A stretch of DNA of 58,365 nt from Actinomycetota bacterium (GCA_046732275.1 JBKPMS010000006.1:1-58365), one strand, 5' to 3'. Numbered from the stretch's first letter, positions 9,401 to 18,216 are shown. Numbers and translations: made by a program. Notes: generated by a model from the letters alone, not told the origin.

Positions 9401-9415
9401 GGGGCCGGTGACGCA

Positions 9416-9443
9416 GAGGGGGCCCGTCGCCACGGGCCCCCTC
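9416..9443. terminator. Bidirectional GC-rich hairpin between convergent genes
   Basis: GAGGGGGCCCG-tcgcca-CGGGCCCCCTC is a perfect 11-bp stem. It lies between the stop at 9400 (+) and the stop at 9469 (-). Confidence 0.5.
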
Positions 9444-9468
9444 TCGTCCCCTTCCGGAGGACGTTTCT

Positions 9469-11142
9469 CTACGGGACGGCGACACCGTCCAAGAAGAGCT
9501 GGATCGCACCGGCCGCCAAGCCGGCGGAGCTCACTGTGTCGTTGCCCGCGAGGGTGTTGACGTCGAGCCGGTCGGTCGCCTCGGGATGAAGGATTCCGAC
9601 CGTCGCAGCGAGACCGGCCACAGTTACGCCGGCAGCGGCACTCCCGCTGACGTTGATGTTGTCGTCCCCGTTGCTCGCGTTGACAATGACCTGGTCGGCT
9701 GCGCCGTCGCCGGCGTTGCCGCCGAGGGCCCCGGCGAGGTCGACATTTACCGAAGTGACGTCAGTGCCGGCGAGGTCACTGACGGTGACGACGTCGGCGG
9801 CGCCGAGGGCGTTGAAGTCGACGCGTTCGACATCGTCCGTGTCCATGAGGACGTTGCCGGGCTGGCGGAAGAACCTGAGCCGTGGCCCGTTGGCGGACAC
9901 GTCGACGGTCTCGGCGACGTTGGCGCCGTTGAAGCGCATGGTGTCGGTGCCGTCCTGCCCTTCGATCGTGTCGTTGCCGTCGCCTGGATCCCAGATGAAG
10001 GTGTCCTCGCCGGCGCCCAACCGGGCGACGTCATTGCCACGGTTGCCGTCGATCGAGTCACTCCCCTCGCCGCCGAGTAGGGTCTCGAGTATCTGACTCC
10101 CGGCGATCGTGTCGTTGCCGTCACCGCCGTCGAGCGTCAGGCCGATCAACTGGGTGGCAAGAGCCGCTGCGGAGATGCTGTCGTTGCCGCCGAGGCCTTT
10201 GACCGTCAGCTGGTCGACCGGCTCCGGGTGCTGAATCGCCACGAGCGCCTGCAAACCGGACACGCTCGCATCCGCGTTGACATTGATGTTGTCGTTGCCG
10301 TTGCTGCCGTTGACGACGACCTGGTCGGCTGCGCCGTCGCCGGCCGCGCCGCCGAGGGTGCTTGCGAGGTCGAGGTTGACGGCAGTGACGTCGGTGCCGG
10401 CGAGGTCGTTGACGTTGACTACGTCGGCGCCGCCGAGGGCGTTGAAGTCGACGCGTTCCACGTCATCCGTGTCCATAAGGACATTCCCGGGCTGGCGGAA
10501 GAACCTGAGCCTGGGCCCGTTGGCGGACACGTCGACGGTCTCGGCGACGTTGGCGCCGTTGAAGCGCATCGTGTCGATGCCGTCCTGTCCTTCGATCGTG
10601 TCGTTGCCGTCGCCGGGATCCCAGATGAACGTGTCGTCGCCCTCGCCCATGTACGCGACGTCGTTGCCACGGTTGCCGTCCATCGAGTCGTTCCCGTCGC
10701 CCCCGAGGAACGTCTCCGCGCCGGAGCCGCCGATCAGGTTGTCGTTGCCGTCGCCACCGTCGAGCTTCGTCTGGATCGCGTCGGTGAAGACTCCGTTGCT
10801 CTCGTCGATCCGAAGAAGGTCGCCGCCGCCGCGGGCTCTGACATCGACGCGCTCGATGTCGTCACGTTCGAAGCTGAAGTCGGCAGACCCGTCGTCGCCG
10901 ACGTCGACCTGAAGCGTGCCGGGGTCCCCGGCCTTCAGCCGCAGCGTGATCTTGTCGTCTTCCCTGGTGCCTTTGATCTTCAACAAGCCGTGCTTCAGCT
11001 TCGGCTCCTTGAACTTGTCGTCTCTGGAGTGCGGGGACGACTTGTCCGTCGGCATCGTCGGCGCGGCGGTCGCTTGACCCGCCGCGATCACCGCCGCAGC
11101 AGCGACGGCGGCAAATGCTGTGGTTCGAACGAGCTTCTTCAT
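9469..11142 (-). CDS. Secreted RTX/hemolysin-type calcium-binding repeat protein
   Basis: 557 aa. Signal peptide MKKLVRTTAFAAVAAAAVIAAGQATA. Multiple GGxGxD nonapeptides are present (GGDGNDNLIGGSGAETFLGGDGNDSMDGNRGNDV...). Confidence 0.85.
   Translation of the reverse strand: MKKLVRTTAFAAVAAAAVIAAGQATAAPTMPTDKSSPHSRDDKFKEPKLKHGLLKIKGTREDDKITLRLKAGDPGTLQVDVGDDGSADFSFERDDIERVDVRARGGGDLLRIDESNGVFTDAIQTKLDGGDGNDNLIGGSGAETFLGGDGNDSMDGNRGNDVAYMGEGDDTFIWDPGDGNDTIEGQDGIDTMRFNGANVAETVDVSANGPRLRFFRQPGNVLMDTDDVERVDFNALGGADVVNVNDLAGTDVTAVNLDLASTLGGAAGDGAADQVVVNGSNGNDNINVNADASVSGLQALVAIQHPEPVDQLTVKGLGGNDSISAAALATQLIGLTLDGGDGNDTIAGSQILETLLGGEGSDSIDGNRGNDVARLGAGEDTFIWDPGDGNDTIEGQDGTDTMRFNGANVAETVDVSANGPRLRFFRQPGNVLMDTDDVERVDFNALGAADVVTVSDLAGTDVTSVNVDLAGALGGNAGDGAADQVIVNASNGDDNINVSGSAAAGVTVAGLAATVGILHPEATDRLDVNTLAGNDTVSSAGLAAGAIQLFLDGVAVP
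9472..10731 (-). repeat. Intragenic tandem duplication, 2 x about 630 bp (about 210 aa)
   Basis: For example, 9887-9940 matches 10516-10569 nearly exactly (ccgttggcggacacgtcgacggtctcggcgacgttggcgccgttgaagcgcat). The protein segments DGNRGNDVAYMGEGDDTFIWDPGDGNDTIEGQDG... and DGNRGNDVARLGAGEDTFIWDPGDGNDTIEGQDG... are collinear over about 210 aa. The unit boundaries are approximate. Confidence 0.85.
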
Positions 11143-11353
11143 TTGTTGCTCCCCCTTCGGAGTCGTTGATGCCTCGTGTGGCTAGAGACACCGGGGAGCG
11201 GCGGTCTATTCCCGGGCCGAAAAATCCGATTTGCCGGGAATGGCTGACGCTGAGTGGAGTCTTCCTTTATGTGAAAGCTCTTCGGAAGAGCGGGGTTCCG
11301 CCCTGTGGGGTCGCCGGGCCGCGGCCGCAGTTACCTTTCGTCGTACAGAGGTC

Positions 11354-12040
11354 ATGAGACGCGGGCGAAGAGACGAAGCTGAAGCCGGCCAGGAGGTTGT
11401 CGAGCTGGCGGCGCTGGCGGACGGGTCGCTCGCGCCGGAGCGCCGGGCGGGGCTCGAAGCACGAGTCGCGGCATCTCCGGAGCTAGCGGAGCGGCTCGCC
11501 GAGCAACAGCGCGCCGTGACGCTTGCGCAGACCGCCGCCGCCGAGGTCGAGGCACCGGTCGACCTGCGAAGGCGCATCGAAGCTCAGCGGCAGCCGCGTC
11601 GTCGGCCGATCTCCCGTCGGCTCGTCCTGGTTCCGGCGGCCGCAACGGCCGTGCTGGCCGTCGCGCTCGCCGTCGCGTTCGGCGTCTTCGGCTCCGGCGC
11701 CTCCGGCGAGCGCTTTCACGCTGCCCTTGCGCCGACCGGCGCGGCGCCGAGTGCCGGCGGCGACGCGACGCTGACCAAAACGACGTCGGGCTGGCAGATC
11801 GAGCTCGACGCGACCGGCCTGCCACGTCTCGACGACGCGCGGTTCTACGAGGCGTGGTTGCGCAATGCCGACGGCGTTCTCGTACCGATCGGGACATTCA
11901 ACGAGGGCAGGAAGGTGACGTTATGGGCCGGTGTGTCGCCCGTTGACTTTCCGTCGCTGACCGTGACGCGGGAGCGCGCCGACGGGAATCAAGCGTCGTC
12001 AGGCGACAAGGTTCTCGCCGGAACGATCGACACGGGTTAA
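11354..12040 (+). CDS. Membrane anti-sigma factor, RskA-like C-terminal domain
   Basis: From M42 of the track ORF. It has an N-terminal anti-sigma-like helix region without Zn ligands (LADGSLAPERRAGLEARVAASPELAERL). One TM follows (LVLVPAAATAVLAVALAVAFGVF). The extracytoplasmic domain ends ...FYEAWLRNADGVLVPIGTF...LTVTRE. The start is uncertain. Confidence 0.7.
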   Translation: MRRGRRDEAEAGQEVVELAALADGSLAPERRAGLEARVAASPELAERLAEQQRAVTLAQTAAAEVEAPVDLRRRIEAQRQPRRRPISRRLVLVPAAATAVLAVALAVAFGVFGSGASGERFHAALAPTGAAPSAGGDATLTKTTSGWQIELDATGLPRLDDARFYEAWLRNADGVLVPIGTFNEGRKVTLWAGVSPVDFPSLTVTRERADGNQASSGDKVLAGTIDTG

Positions 12041-12528
12041 CCGCCTTCGATTCGCCGCACGACCTGTTGGCGTGCCCGATAGAGGCGGCTCATGACCGTA
12101 CCCTCGCGGATCTTCAGCGCTCGGGCCGCCTCCTTGTAGGAGAGGCCGACGACGTCGACGGCAACGAGGACGTCACGGAACTCGGCGGCCAGAGCTGCGA
12201 CCGCGGCGTACAGCTCCGTGGCTTCGAGAGCATCTTCCGGGCGACGGGCGTGAGGGTCGGCGACGAGGTCCAGCTCGTCGGGCAGCGGGTCGGGACGGAG
12301 TCGGCGTCCCTCCGTCCGTTTCTGCGTCAGGAACGTGTTGCGTAGCGCGCGGAGGAGATAGCCGAGATCGTCCTCGTTGCGCAGAAAACGCGGCCGACCG
12401 AGTACCCGCGCGTAGGTCTCCTGGACGAGGTCCTCCGCCTCCTCGCGTGAGCCCGTGAACGCCCAGGCGGCCCGGTAGAGCCGGTCCAGGTGATCTCCAA
12501 GCCGGGCGGGATCAAGCGTGCGCTCCAT
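12037..12528 (-). CDS. ECF-type sigma-70 family RNA polymerase sigma factor
   Basis: From the ATG at 12528. Region 2 is DLVQETYARVL; region 4 is GLSYKEAARALKIREGTVMSRLYRARQQV. Its stop overlaps the anti-sigma stop within TTAA (12037-12040). Confidence 0.85.
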   Translation of the reverse strand: MERTLDPARLGDHLDRLYRAAWAFTGSREEAEDLVQETYARVLGRPRFLRNEDDLGYLLRALRNTFLTQKRTEGRRLRPDPLPDELDLVADPHARRPEDALEATELYAAVAALAAEFRDVLVAVDVVGLSYKEAARALKIREGTVMSRLYRARQQVVRRIEGG

Positions 12529-12668
12529 CTGTGACGGTCTGCGATGCGGCCTGCGTCCGCGCGAGCATAGAGCGGGGGACAACCGAACGCGACCTTGGCG
12601 ATGCGGCGTTCGACTCGCATCGAGTAACGCGAATCGAATGGGCGCTCCGCGTCCCCCGCGCGTGTCAG

Positions 12669-14174
12669 CTACGGACTGACGATCGGGCGCACCTCGATGT
12701 CACGCTCCGGCGTCACCGTCTCGCCTTCCCCGAGGATCGAGCCGAACGAGCGCACGCGCTCCGGGTGCGTCATCGCGAGCCAGAGAAGGACGACCACGCC
12801 GATGCCGAGCCAGATCAGTGCGATCCACGGGCCATATTTCATCGGGGACGGCGGCAGCGGGTGGACCGATTTGTAGATCGTGTAGCCACAGATCGCGATG
12901 GCGCCGAGAGGTAACGCAATGTCGAGGATGACGTTATACGCCACATTCTCCCCGCGGGCCCGCCAGAACGAGACGATGCCCGAGAGTGCGACGAGGATGT
13001 AGGCGCTCAGGACACCGAGCGTCGCAGTCAGCGCCATGAATTGGATGTACGTGAAAGGCGCCGGGGCGGGGCTTGTCCAGTGGCGACCGAGCGTCAAGCC
13101 GAGCACGAACGTAATGAGGAGCGAGAGGCCGATGCCGACCCACGGTGTCCGCCACCGTGGATGCGTCCAGGCGAAGACTCGAGGCAAGCCGCCTTCCCGG
13201 CCCATTGCGAAGAACGTCCTCGCCGTCAGATGCAGGCCTGCGAGCGACGCGATGAACGCGCTCGTGATGACGGCAATGTCCACGAGCACGGACAGCCATG
13301 TTCCTGAGTAGCGGTTGGCGAGCGTGTCGAGCGGCGCAACGTCCTGTGCCCATTTGGCCGCGTTCGCGACACCGAAGCCGACAGACATCATCCAGGTGAT
13401 GAAGACGTACCAGACGACGGCGACGACGGCGGCGGTGAGAATGGCGCGAGGAATCGCTCGGCGCGGTTCGGCTGCCTCTTCGCCCAGGACAGCGGCGGCT
13501 TCGAAGCCGATGAACCCCGTGAAAGCGAAGACGACTGCTAGGAACAGCCCGTGCGTCGACGGAAGGTTGTCGGGGTTGAGCGGCTGCAGCGTGACACCCG
13601 AGTCGCCGCCCTTCGCGAGCACGATGATCGCGAGCAGCAGGATTGCCGCGACACCGCCGGCACCGAGGACGAGCTGAGTCCTCGTCGAGAGGCGAATGTC
13701 GAAGAACGCAAAGAGCAGCAATCCGCCGAGAAGGATCAGGAAGCACTGGAACCAGCTCGGGCTCCAGCTCGTGTGCAAGTCGAAGAGGGTCGCCATCGTC
13801 ACGGCTCCGATCGAGAGCACGAACGAGATCCCGACGGCAAACGCGGTCCCATAGAGCCACCCGCCGATGAAGCCCCCGCTGGGATGCAAACCTCGCGCGA
13901 TGTATGTGTAGATGCCGCCGGCGCTCGCCATCCGGGCCGTGAAACGCACGATCACCGAGGCGAGGCACAGGCAGCCGACTCCCGCGACGATGTAGGCCCA
14001 CGGGGTCGCGGCACCGGCGGAGATTGCAGCCGCTGAGGTTGCTGTGGCAACGCCGAGCGCGAGTGAAAGCAGTGCGAGCGACTGCGCGAATGCGTCTGCC
14101 AGGTTGAGGACGCCGTGTCGCAGGCCGCCGGCGGACCATCTCGACCCGGGCGCCTGGGTAACGGGCTCGGTCAT
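12669..14174 (-). CDS. APC-superfamily amino acid/polyamine permease
   Basis: 501 aa, about 12 hydrophobic segments and a GAAGGAGG RBS. It is the last gene of a four-gene minus-strand operon. Confidence 0.9.
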   Translation of the reverse strand: MTEPVTQAPGSRWSAGGLRHGVLNLADAFAQSLALLSLALGVATATSAAAISAGAATPWAYIVAGVGCLCLASVIVRFTARMASAGGIYTYIARGLHPSGGFIGGWLYGTAFAVGISFVLSIGAVTMATLFDLHTSWSPSWFQCFLILLGGLLLFAFFDIRLSTRTQLVLGAGGVAAILLLAIIVLAKGGDSGVTLQPLNPDNLPSTHGLFLAVVFAFTGFIGFEAAAVLGEEAAEPRRAIPRAILTAAVVAVVWYVFITWMMSVGFGVANAAKWAQDVAPLDTLANRYSGTWLSVLVDIAVITSAFIASLAGLHLTARTFFAMGREGGLPRVFAWTHPRWRTPWVGIGLSLLITFVLGLTLGRHWTSPAPAPFTYIQFMALTATLGVLSAYILVALSGIVSFWRARGENVAYNVILDIALPLGAIAICGYTIYKSVHPLPPSPMKYGPWIALIWLGIGVVVLLWLAMTHPERVRSFGSILGEGETVTPERDIEVRPIVSP

Positions 14175-14193
14175 TGCGTTGTTACCTCCTTCT

Positions 14194-14886
14194 CTAGTCT
14201 CCTAGCAGGGCCAAGATGCGCACGGGCGAGCCGTTCGCCTCACGAACCTTGAGCGGCGCGACGACCACTTGAGCGCGCTCCGGAAGCTGATCGAGGTTGG
14301 TCACGTTCTCGATGATCATTCGCCCCGCCCCGAGCCAGATCCGGTGGAGCTCGAACGTCGTGGAGTCGACGGGATCCGCCGAGGGGCCATCGAATCCGAT
14401 CGCAGAGATGCCCTTCTGGATCAGCGCATGCGCGGCATCTGCGTCGGGATAGCTCCAACCGGTCCAGTACGCCTCGGTTTCCCAGTTCCGGCCGTTGTCG
14501 GAGAAGAGGAAGACGATGTCTCCTTCGTGGACGTTGTCCAAGTGCGGTTCGAGATCGCCTGGTGTCAATGGCCCTGGGTCGCGCTGAGACACGTCGATGG
14601 TCACCGCTTCCGTTACCAGTCGCTCGAGCCCGATCTCGTCGAGTGTGTCTCCGCCGAAGATCTGGTGAGCGGGCGCGTCTACGTGCGTGCCGATGTGGTT
14701 CAGCAAGTGGTAGTCGGTCATCGCATATCCGTCCTCCTCGACCCTTGCGATCGGCCTGAAGGACGGTTGCGGCAACCCCGGGAAGATCGGCATCCCGTCG
14801 TGGTAGGCGTGAGAGAGATCCACGATCCGCACCGATGGCAGCAGTTCGGCGCCGCGCCGATCAGTCCTGCGTGCGTGACCAGGCAA
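14194..14886 (-). CDS. Cyclase-family protein (kynurenine/aryl-formamidase-like metal hydrolase)
   Basis: The HIGTHVDAPAH motif (HxGTHxDxPxH) is present, and IVDLSH lies near the N-terminus. A TTG at 14886 sits 1 nt after the upstream stop. An alternative GTG lies at 14832. Confidence 0.85.
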   Translation of the reverse strand: MPGHARRTDRRGAELLPSVRIVDLSHAYHDGMPIFPGLPQPSFRPIARVEEDGYAMTDYHLLNHIGTHVDAPAHQIFGGDTLDEIGLERLVTEAVTIDVSQRDPGPLTPGDLEPHLDNVHEGDIVFLFSDNGRNWETEAYWTGWSYPDADAAHALIQKGISAIGFDGPSADPVDSTTFELHRIWLGAGRMIIENVTNLDQLPERAQVVVAPLKVREANGSPVRILALLGD

Positions 14887-14887
14887 G

Positions 14888-15970
14888 CTACGGCGTGAGT
14901 CGGTAGAAGCGGTAGAAGTCGTTCTCGATCGGCAGGACCTCGAACGTGCGGAAGCCCGCGTCCTCTGCGTACCGGCGAGCGGTGTCCGTCCTCATGACCG
15001 TCCCGGTTCCGGCTGCGCCCTTACCGACCATCCCGACGGGCAGGCAATGGAGGATGCTGAAGCCGTAGTAGAAGCGCTCGATGTCGTCTCCCGGGACTTC
15101 GAACTTGTCGGCGACCCGCTCGTCGGCGATGACGACGGAACCGCCTTGGCCGAGCAGCTCGCGGCACGCGCCGAGGACGCTCACCGGATAGGACATGTCG
15201 TGCAGCGCCTCGTGGATGTAGACGAGGTCGTAACGACCTGCGAGCTCGGGATCAGCGGCGTCGCGAAGATGGAACGTCACGCGGTCCTCGAGACCGCTGC
15301 CTTCGAGATGCCTTCGTGCAGCCGCTATTGACTCATCGTCCAGGTCGAGCCCGTCGACGATCGCCTTAGGGTATGCGCGTGCAATCGCGAGGCTCGAGTA
15401 GCCCTGGCCGCACGCAACGTCTGCGACGTGCGCTGGAGGGTCGCTCCCGAGACGGGCGTGCACATCCGGGATCGAAGGCAGCCACTCCGTGCCGAGCAGG
15501 GCGTCGAACATCGGGCGCGTAAACGCAGCCTGGCCTTCGTGTAGGTCGGCCCCGTAGTCAGCGTAAGGAACGCCGTCGCCGGTCCGGAAGGCGGCGAGCA
15601 GCGCATCGAGGGGCTGGATGCAGGCGACGACGAGCTTCCCGATCGGCGCCATGTAGTTGAGGCTCGACTCGTCGAGGAGCGCCTCCTCGTGTCCCGGCGG
15701 GAGCGCGTAGCGCCGGTCGGCCGCGTCGGCGTCCGCATCGTCCACTTCGAGGATTCCGCTCGACGCCTGCTGCTCGAGCCATTCTCTGACGTAGCGCTCA
15801 TGCGTGCCGGTGGCGCCGGCGAGCGCGGCCGACGTGATCGGGCCGCTTGAGAGTGCCCTGTAGAGGCCGAGCCGGTCGCCGAGGTAGACGGCGATGAGAT
15901 CCCACGTGCCGAGCGTCGCCTCGAACAGACGGTTGACGAGGGCGTCGCGTTGCTGAGCAGCGTCGTTCAT
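14888..15970 (-). CDS. Class I SAM-dependent methyltransferase with an N-terminal winged-helix/dimerisation-like domain
   Basis: 360 aa. Motif I is VADVACGQGYSSL, with a post-I acidic LDLD. The layout resembles small-molecule O/N-methyltransferases. Confidence 0.85.
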   Translation of the reverse strand: MNDAAQQRDALVNRLFEATLGTWDLIAVYLGDRLGLYRALSSGPITSAALAGATGTHERYVREWLEQQASSGILEVDDADADAADRRYALPPGHEEALLDESSLNYMAPIGKLVVACIQPLDALLAAFRTGDGVPYADYGADLHEGQAAFTRPMFDALLGTEWLPSIPDVHARLGSDPPAHVADVACGQGYSSLAIARAYPKAIVDGLDLDDESIAAARRHLEGSGLEDRVTFHLRDAADPELAGRYDLVYIHEALHDMSYPVSVLGACRELLGQGGSVVIADERVADKFEVPGDDIERFYYGFSILHCLPVGMVGKGAAGTGTVMRTDTARRYAEDAGFRTFEVLPIENDFYRFYRLTP

Positions 15971-15973
15971 CCG

Positions 15974-17233
15974 TTAGCCACCGGAGTGTTCTCCGAGACC
16001 GGTGCGTTGGCCGGCATGTTCCTGCGCAAGAGGCTGTCGGCGATCCATACCACGAAATGCCGGGTTGATAAATCCGTAGGCAGTCACGGCGAGGTAGCAG
16101 AGCCCGATGCCGAAGAACGTGGCAGCGACGCCGATCGCTCCCACGAGGACACCACCGAGCAGCACGCCGAGCGGAATCGACGCCCACGCGCCTGCCTTGA
16201 ATGCCCCGAAGACACGACCGCGTAGATCGGGAGGGACGAGCTCGAACAGCACGGTGTTGATCAGGGGGTTGATCGGCCCTGCCGCGAGGCCGCTGACTGC
16301 GAGCACGGCTAGCGCGACCGGGAGCGACGGCAGCGTCGCCATCACGAGGTAGAGGAGCGGCACGACGGTGAAGCAGGAGACGAAGGTCAGCCTCCGCGGA
16401 AACCGGTGGCCGACGGCGCTGTAGGCGAGCGCTCCCACGAGCGCGGCGCCGCCGAAGACGCCGTACATCACACCGAGGTCGGCGGCGCTTCCGAATGCCT
16501 CCCTGGCGAACACCGGCATGACGACCGGGAACGGTGCGTCCAGCAGGTTCGTGATCAGGACGGTGACCACGAAAGCCCGGACGAGCCGCCGGCCCCAGAT
16601 GAAGCGCAGTCCTTCCGCGAGCTCGTTCAGATAACCACCGGGGGTCTCGCTCTTCGCAACACGCCTCGCCGGCGGCACGAGGAGCCCCACGAGCGCCGCC
16701 GAGACGAGGAAGCTCGCCGCGTCGAGCCAGAGCGCGGTCGTCGCCCCGAACGCGGCGACCAGGATCCCGCCGACAGGGGCTCCGACGAGCCAGGAGCCCT
16801 GCTGGATCGCGCCTCGGATGCCGTTGGCGCGTTCCATGCGAACGCCGGCGAGCTCGACGAGGTCCGGAAACAGGGAAACCCGTGCTGTCGCTCCCGGCGC
16901 GTCGAGAAGAGCGCCGAGAAAGACGAGGAGCAGGAGCTCCCACAGCTCGAGGCCGACGGTGGAATGTAGGAGCGGGATCGCCGCGACCGCCACGGCGCTC
17001 GCGAGGTCGGCGACGATGCTCATGGTCCGATAGCCGAGCCGGTCGACGATGACGCCGCCGAAGAAGCCGGCGAGAACGACGGGGAGGAAGTTGACGAAGA
17101 CCGCGAGACCCGTCAGCGCGGCACTGCCGGTCGTCACGAGGACGAACCACGGGATCGCGAGCTGTGCCACGGCGTTGCCGACGAGCGAGATCGAGTCGGC
17201 GACGAAAAGTGCGTAGAGAGGTGCCCGCCTCAC
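15974..17233 (-). CDS. MFS transporter (EntS/MFS_3-like exporter)
   Basis: 419 aa, about 12 TM, GTG start. The stop is 3 nt before the methyltransferase start. Confidence 0.85.
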   Translation of the reverse strand: MRRAPLYALFVADSISLVGNAVAQLAIPWFVLVTTGSAALTGLAVFVNFLPVVLAGFFGGVIVDRLGYRTMSIVADLASAVAVAAIPLLHSTVGLELWELLLLVFLGALLDAPGATARVSLFPDLVELAGVRMERANGIRGAIQQGSWLVGAPVGGILVAAFGATTALWLDAASFLVSAALVGLLVPPARRVAKSETPGGYLNELAEGLRFIWGRRLVRAFVVTVLITNLLDAPFPVVMPVFAREAFGSAADLGVMYGVFGGAALVGALAYSAVGHRFPRRLTFVSCFTVVPLLYLVMATLPSLPVALAVLAVSGLAAGPINPLINTVLFELVPPDLRGRVFGAFKAGAWASIPLGVLLGGVLVGAIGVAATFFGIGLCYLAVTAYGFINPAFRGMDRRQPLAQEHAGQRTGLGEHSGG

Positions 17234-17282
17234 CGTGCGTGCACCCTACGCGCGACTCCACAAAGGCCACGTCATTTCGCGC

Positions 17283-17397
17283 CACCCCCGGTGCCAGGCA
17301 CGCATACGAAAGTGTCGCGGGAGTGTGACGAAAGTGCGTCGACCGCGGAGTTTCCCTCCAAACATCAGCCGGGCTTTTTCGACACCCCCGGTGCCAG
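17283..17397. repeat. Two exact 15-nt direct repeats, CACCCCCGGTGCCAG, exactly 100 bp apart, upstream of the MFS operon
   Basis: The copies are at 17283-17297 and 17383-17397, and flanking similarity extends each to about 22 nt (TTTCG..CACCCCCGGTGCCAG). Between them ACGAAAGTG occurs twice, at 17306-17314 and 17328-17336. Confidence 0.6.
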
Positions 17398-17463
17398 CGA
17401 CCGAAAACAGGCGGTCGCGCCCGGGTCACGCGGGCCGCAACGGCTGGGTTCTTTCCGGTTAGG

Positions 17464-18216
17464 TCAGCGCCGGCGGATCGTGCCGCTTGCCGGGGCGGGC
17501 TCCTCGAGCACCTCGGCCACCGCCGCCTCCGGCGGCGCGACCGACGGGCGAACGACGCCGCTGTGGATCCCCCACGCGAGGGCGGCGCCGAGCGGCGGCG
17601 CGATGAAGTAGATCCAGAGGCCGGTCCACGTGTTGCCGACCAGGTCGGGGCCGAACGTGCGCGCCGGGTTCACGGACGACCCGCTGAACGGGATCGCGGC
17701 GAGATGCACGGCGAGGAGCGTGAAGGGGATCGCGATGAGAGCGCTGCTGCCGAAGACTTCGCTCTGACTCGCCTGCAGGATGACGAGGACGAAGATCGTC
17801 GTGAACACCAGCTCGATGAGGAAGGCCGTTCCATCCGAGGAAGGCTTCGTAGCGGTCGAGGCGACGTCGTCCTGGTTCGTGGCGATCAGGAGAATGATCG
17901 CGGCGGCGATCCCGCCGAGGAACTGCGACACCCAGTAGGCGATGAGGTCGCTTCCCGGCAGCCGTCGATCCAGGAACATTGCGAGCGAGACCGCGGGATT
18001 GAAGTGGCCGCCCGAGACCTCGCCGAACGCGTAGAGGCCCGCGAGGAGCGCGAGCCCGAAGGCGAACGCCGCCACGAGGAGCACCGGCGCGTCGGTCCGT
18101 CCGGCGGCGACCACCGCCGTAGTCCCGCCGAGGACGAGGACGAGCGTGCCGAGGAGCTCGGCGGCGTAGCGCCGCCACTCGGCGGTCTGGGGAGGCGGGT
18201 TTCTTCGGCGCGCCAT
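17464..18216 (-). CDS. MIP-family channel (aquaporin/glycerol facilitator)
   Basis: Both NPA boxes are present (GGHFNPAVSLA and SSVNPARTFGP). The start is taken at the internal ATG 18216 (MARRRNPPPQTAEWRRYAAELLG). Confidence 0.9.
   Translation of the reverse strand: MARRRNPPPQTAEWRRYAAELLGTLVLVLGGTTAVVAAGRTDAPVLLVAAFAFGLALLAGLYAFGEVSGGHFNPAVSLAMFLDRRLPGSDLIAYWVSQFLGGIAAAIILLIATNQDDVASTATKPSSDGTAFLIELVFTTIFVLVILQASQSEVFGSSALIAIPFTLLAVHLAAIPFSGSSVNPARTFGPDLVGNTWTGLWIYFIAPPLGAALAWGIHSGVVRPSVAPPEAAVAEVLEEPAPASGTIRRR

Noticed and set aside
9469-11142. A possible CRISPR-like or minisatellite array, suggested by the strong periodic repeats.
   Set aside because: The repeats are in frame inside a signal-peptide-bearing RTX protein (GGxGxD nonapeptides plus a 630-bp duplication). 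There is no spacer architecture and no cas genes.
15798-17429. 543-aa minus-strand ORF overlapping the MFS gene. Similar very long ORFs occur at 8012-9433, 18221-20005, 35222-37039, 37018-38694, 47402-49222 (N-terminal part) and 53929-55575.
   Set aside because: These ORFs are extremely Arg/Pro/Ala/Gly-rich and low in complexity. They carry no recognisable motifs and lie in alternative frames or antisense to genes with clear family signatures. This is typical of stop-codon-poor shadow frames in a genome of about 70% GC.
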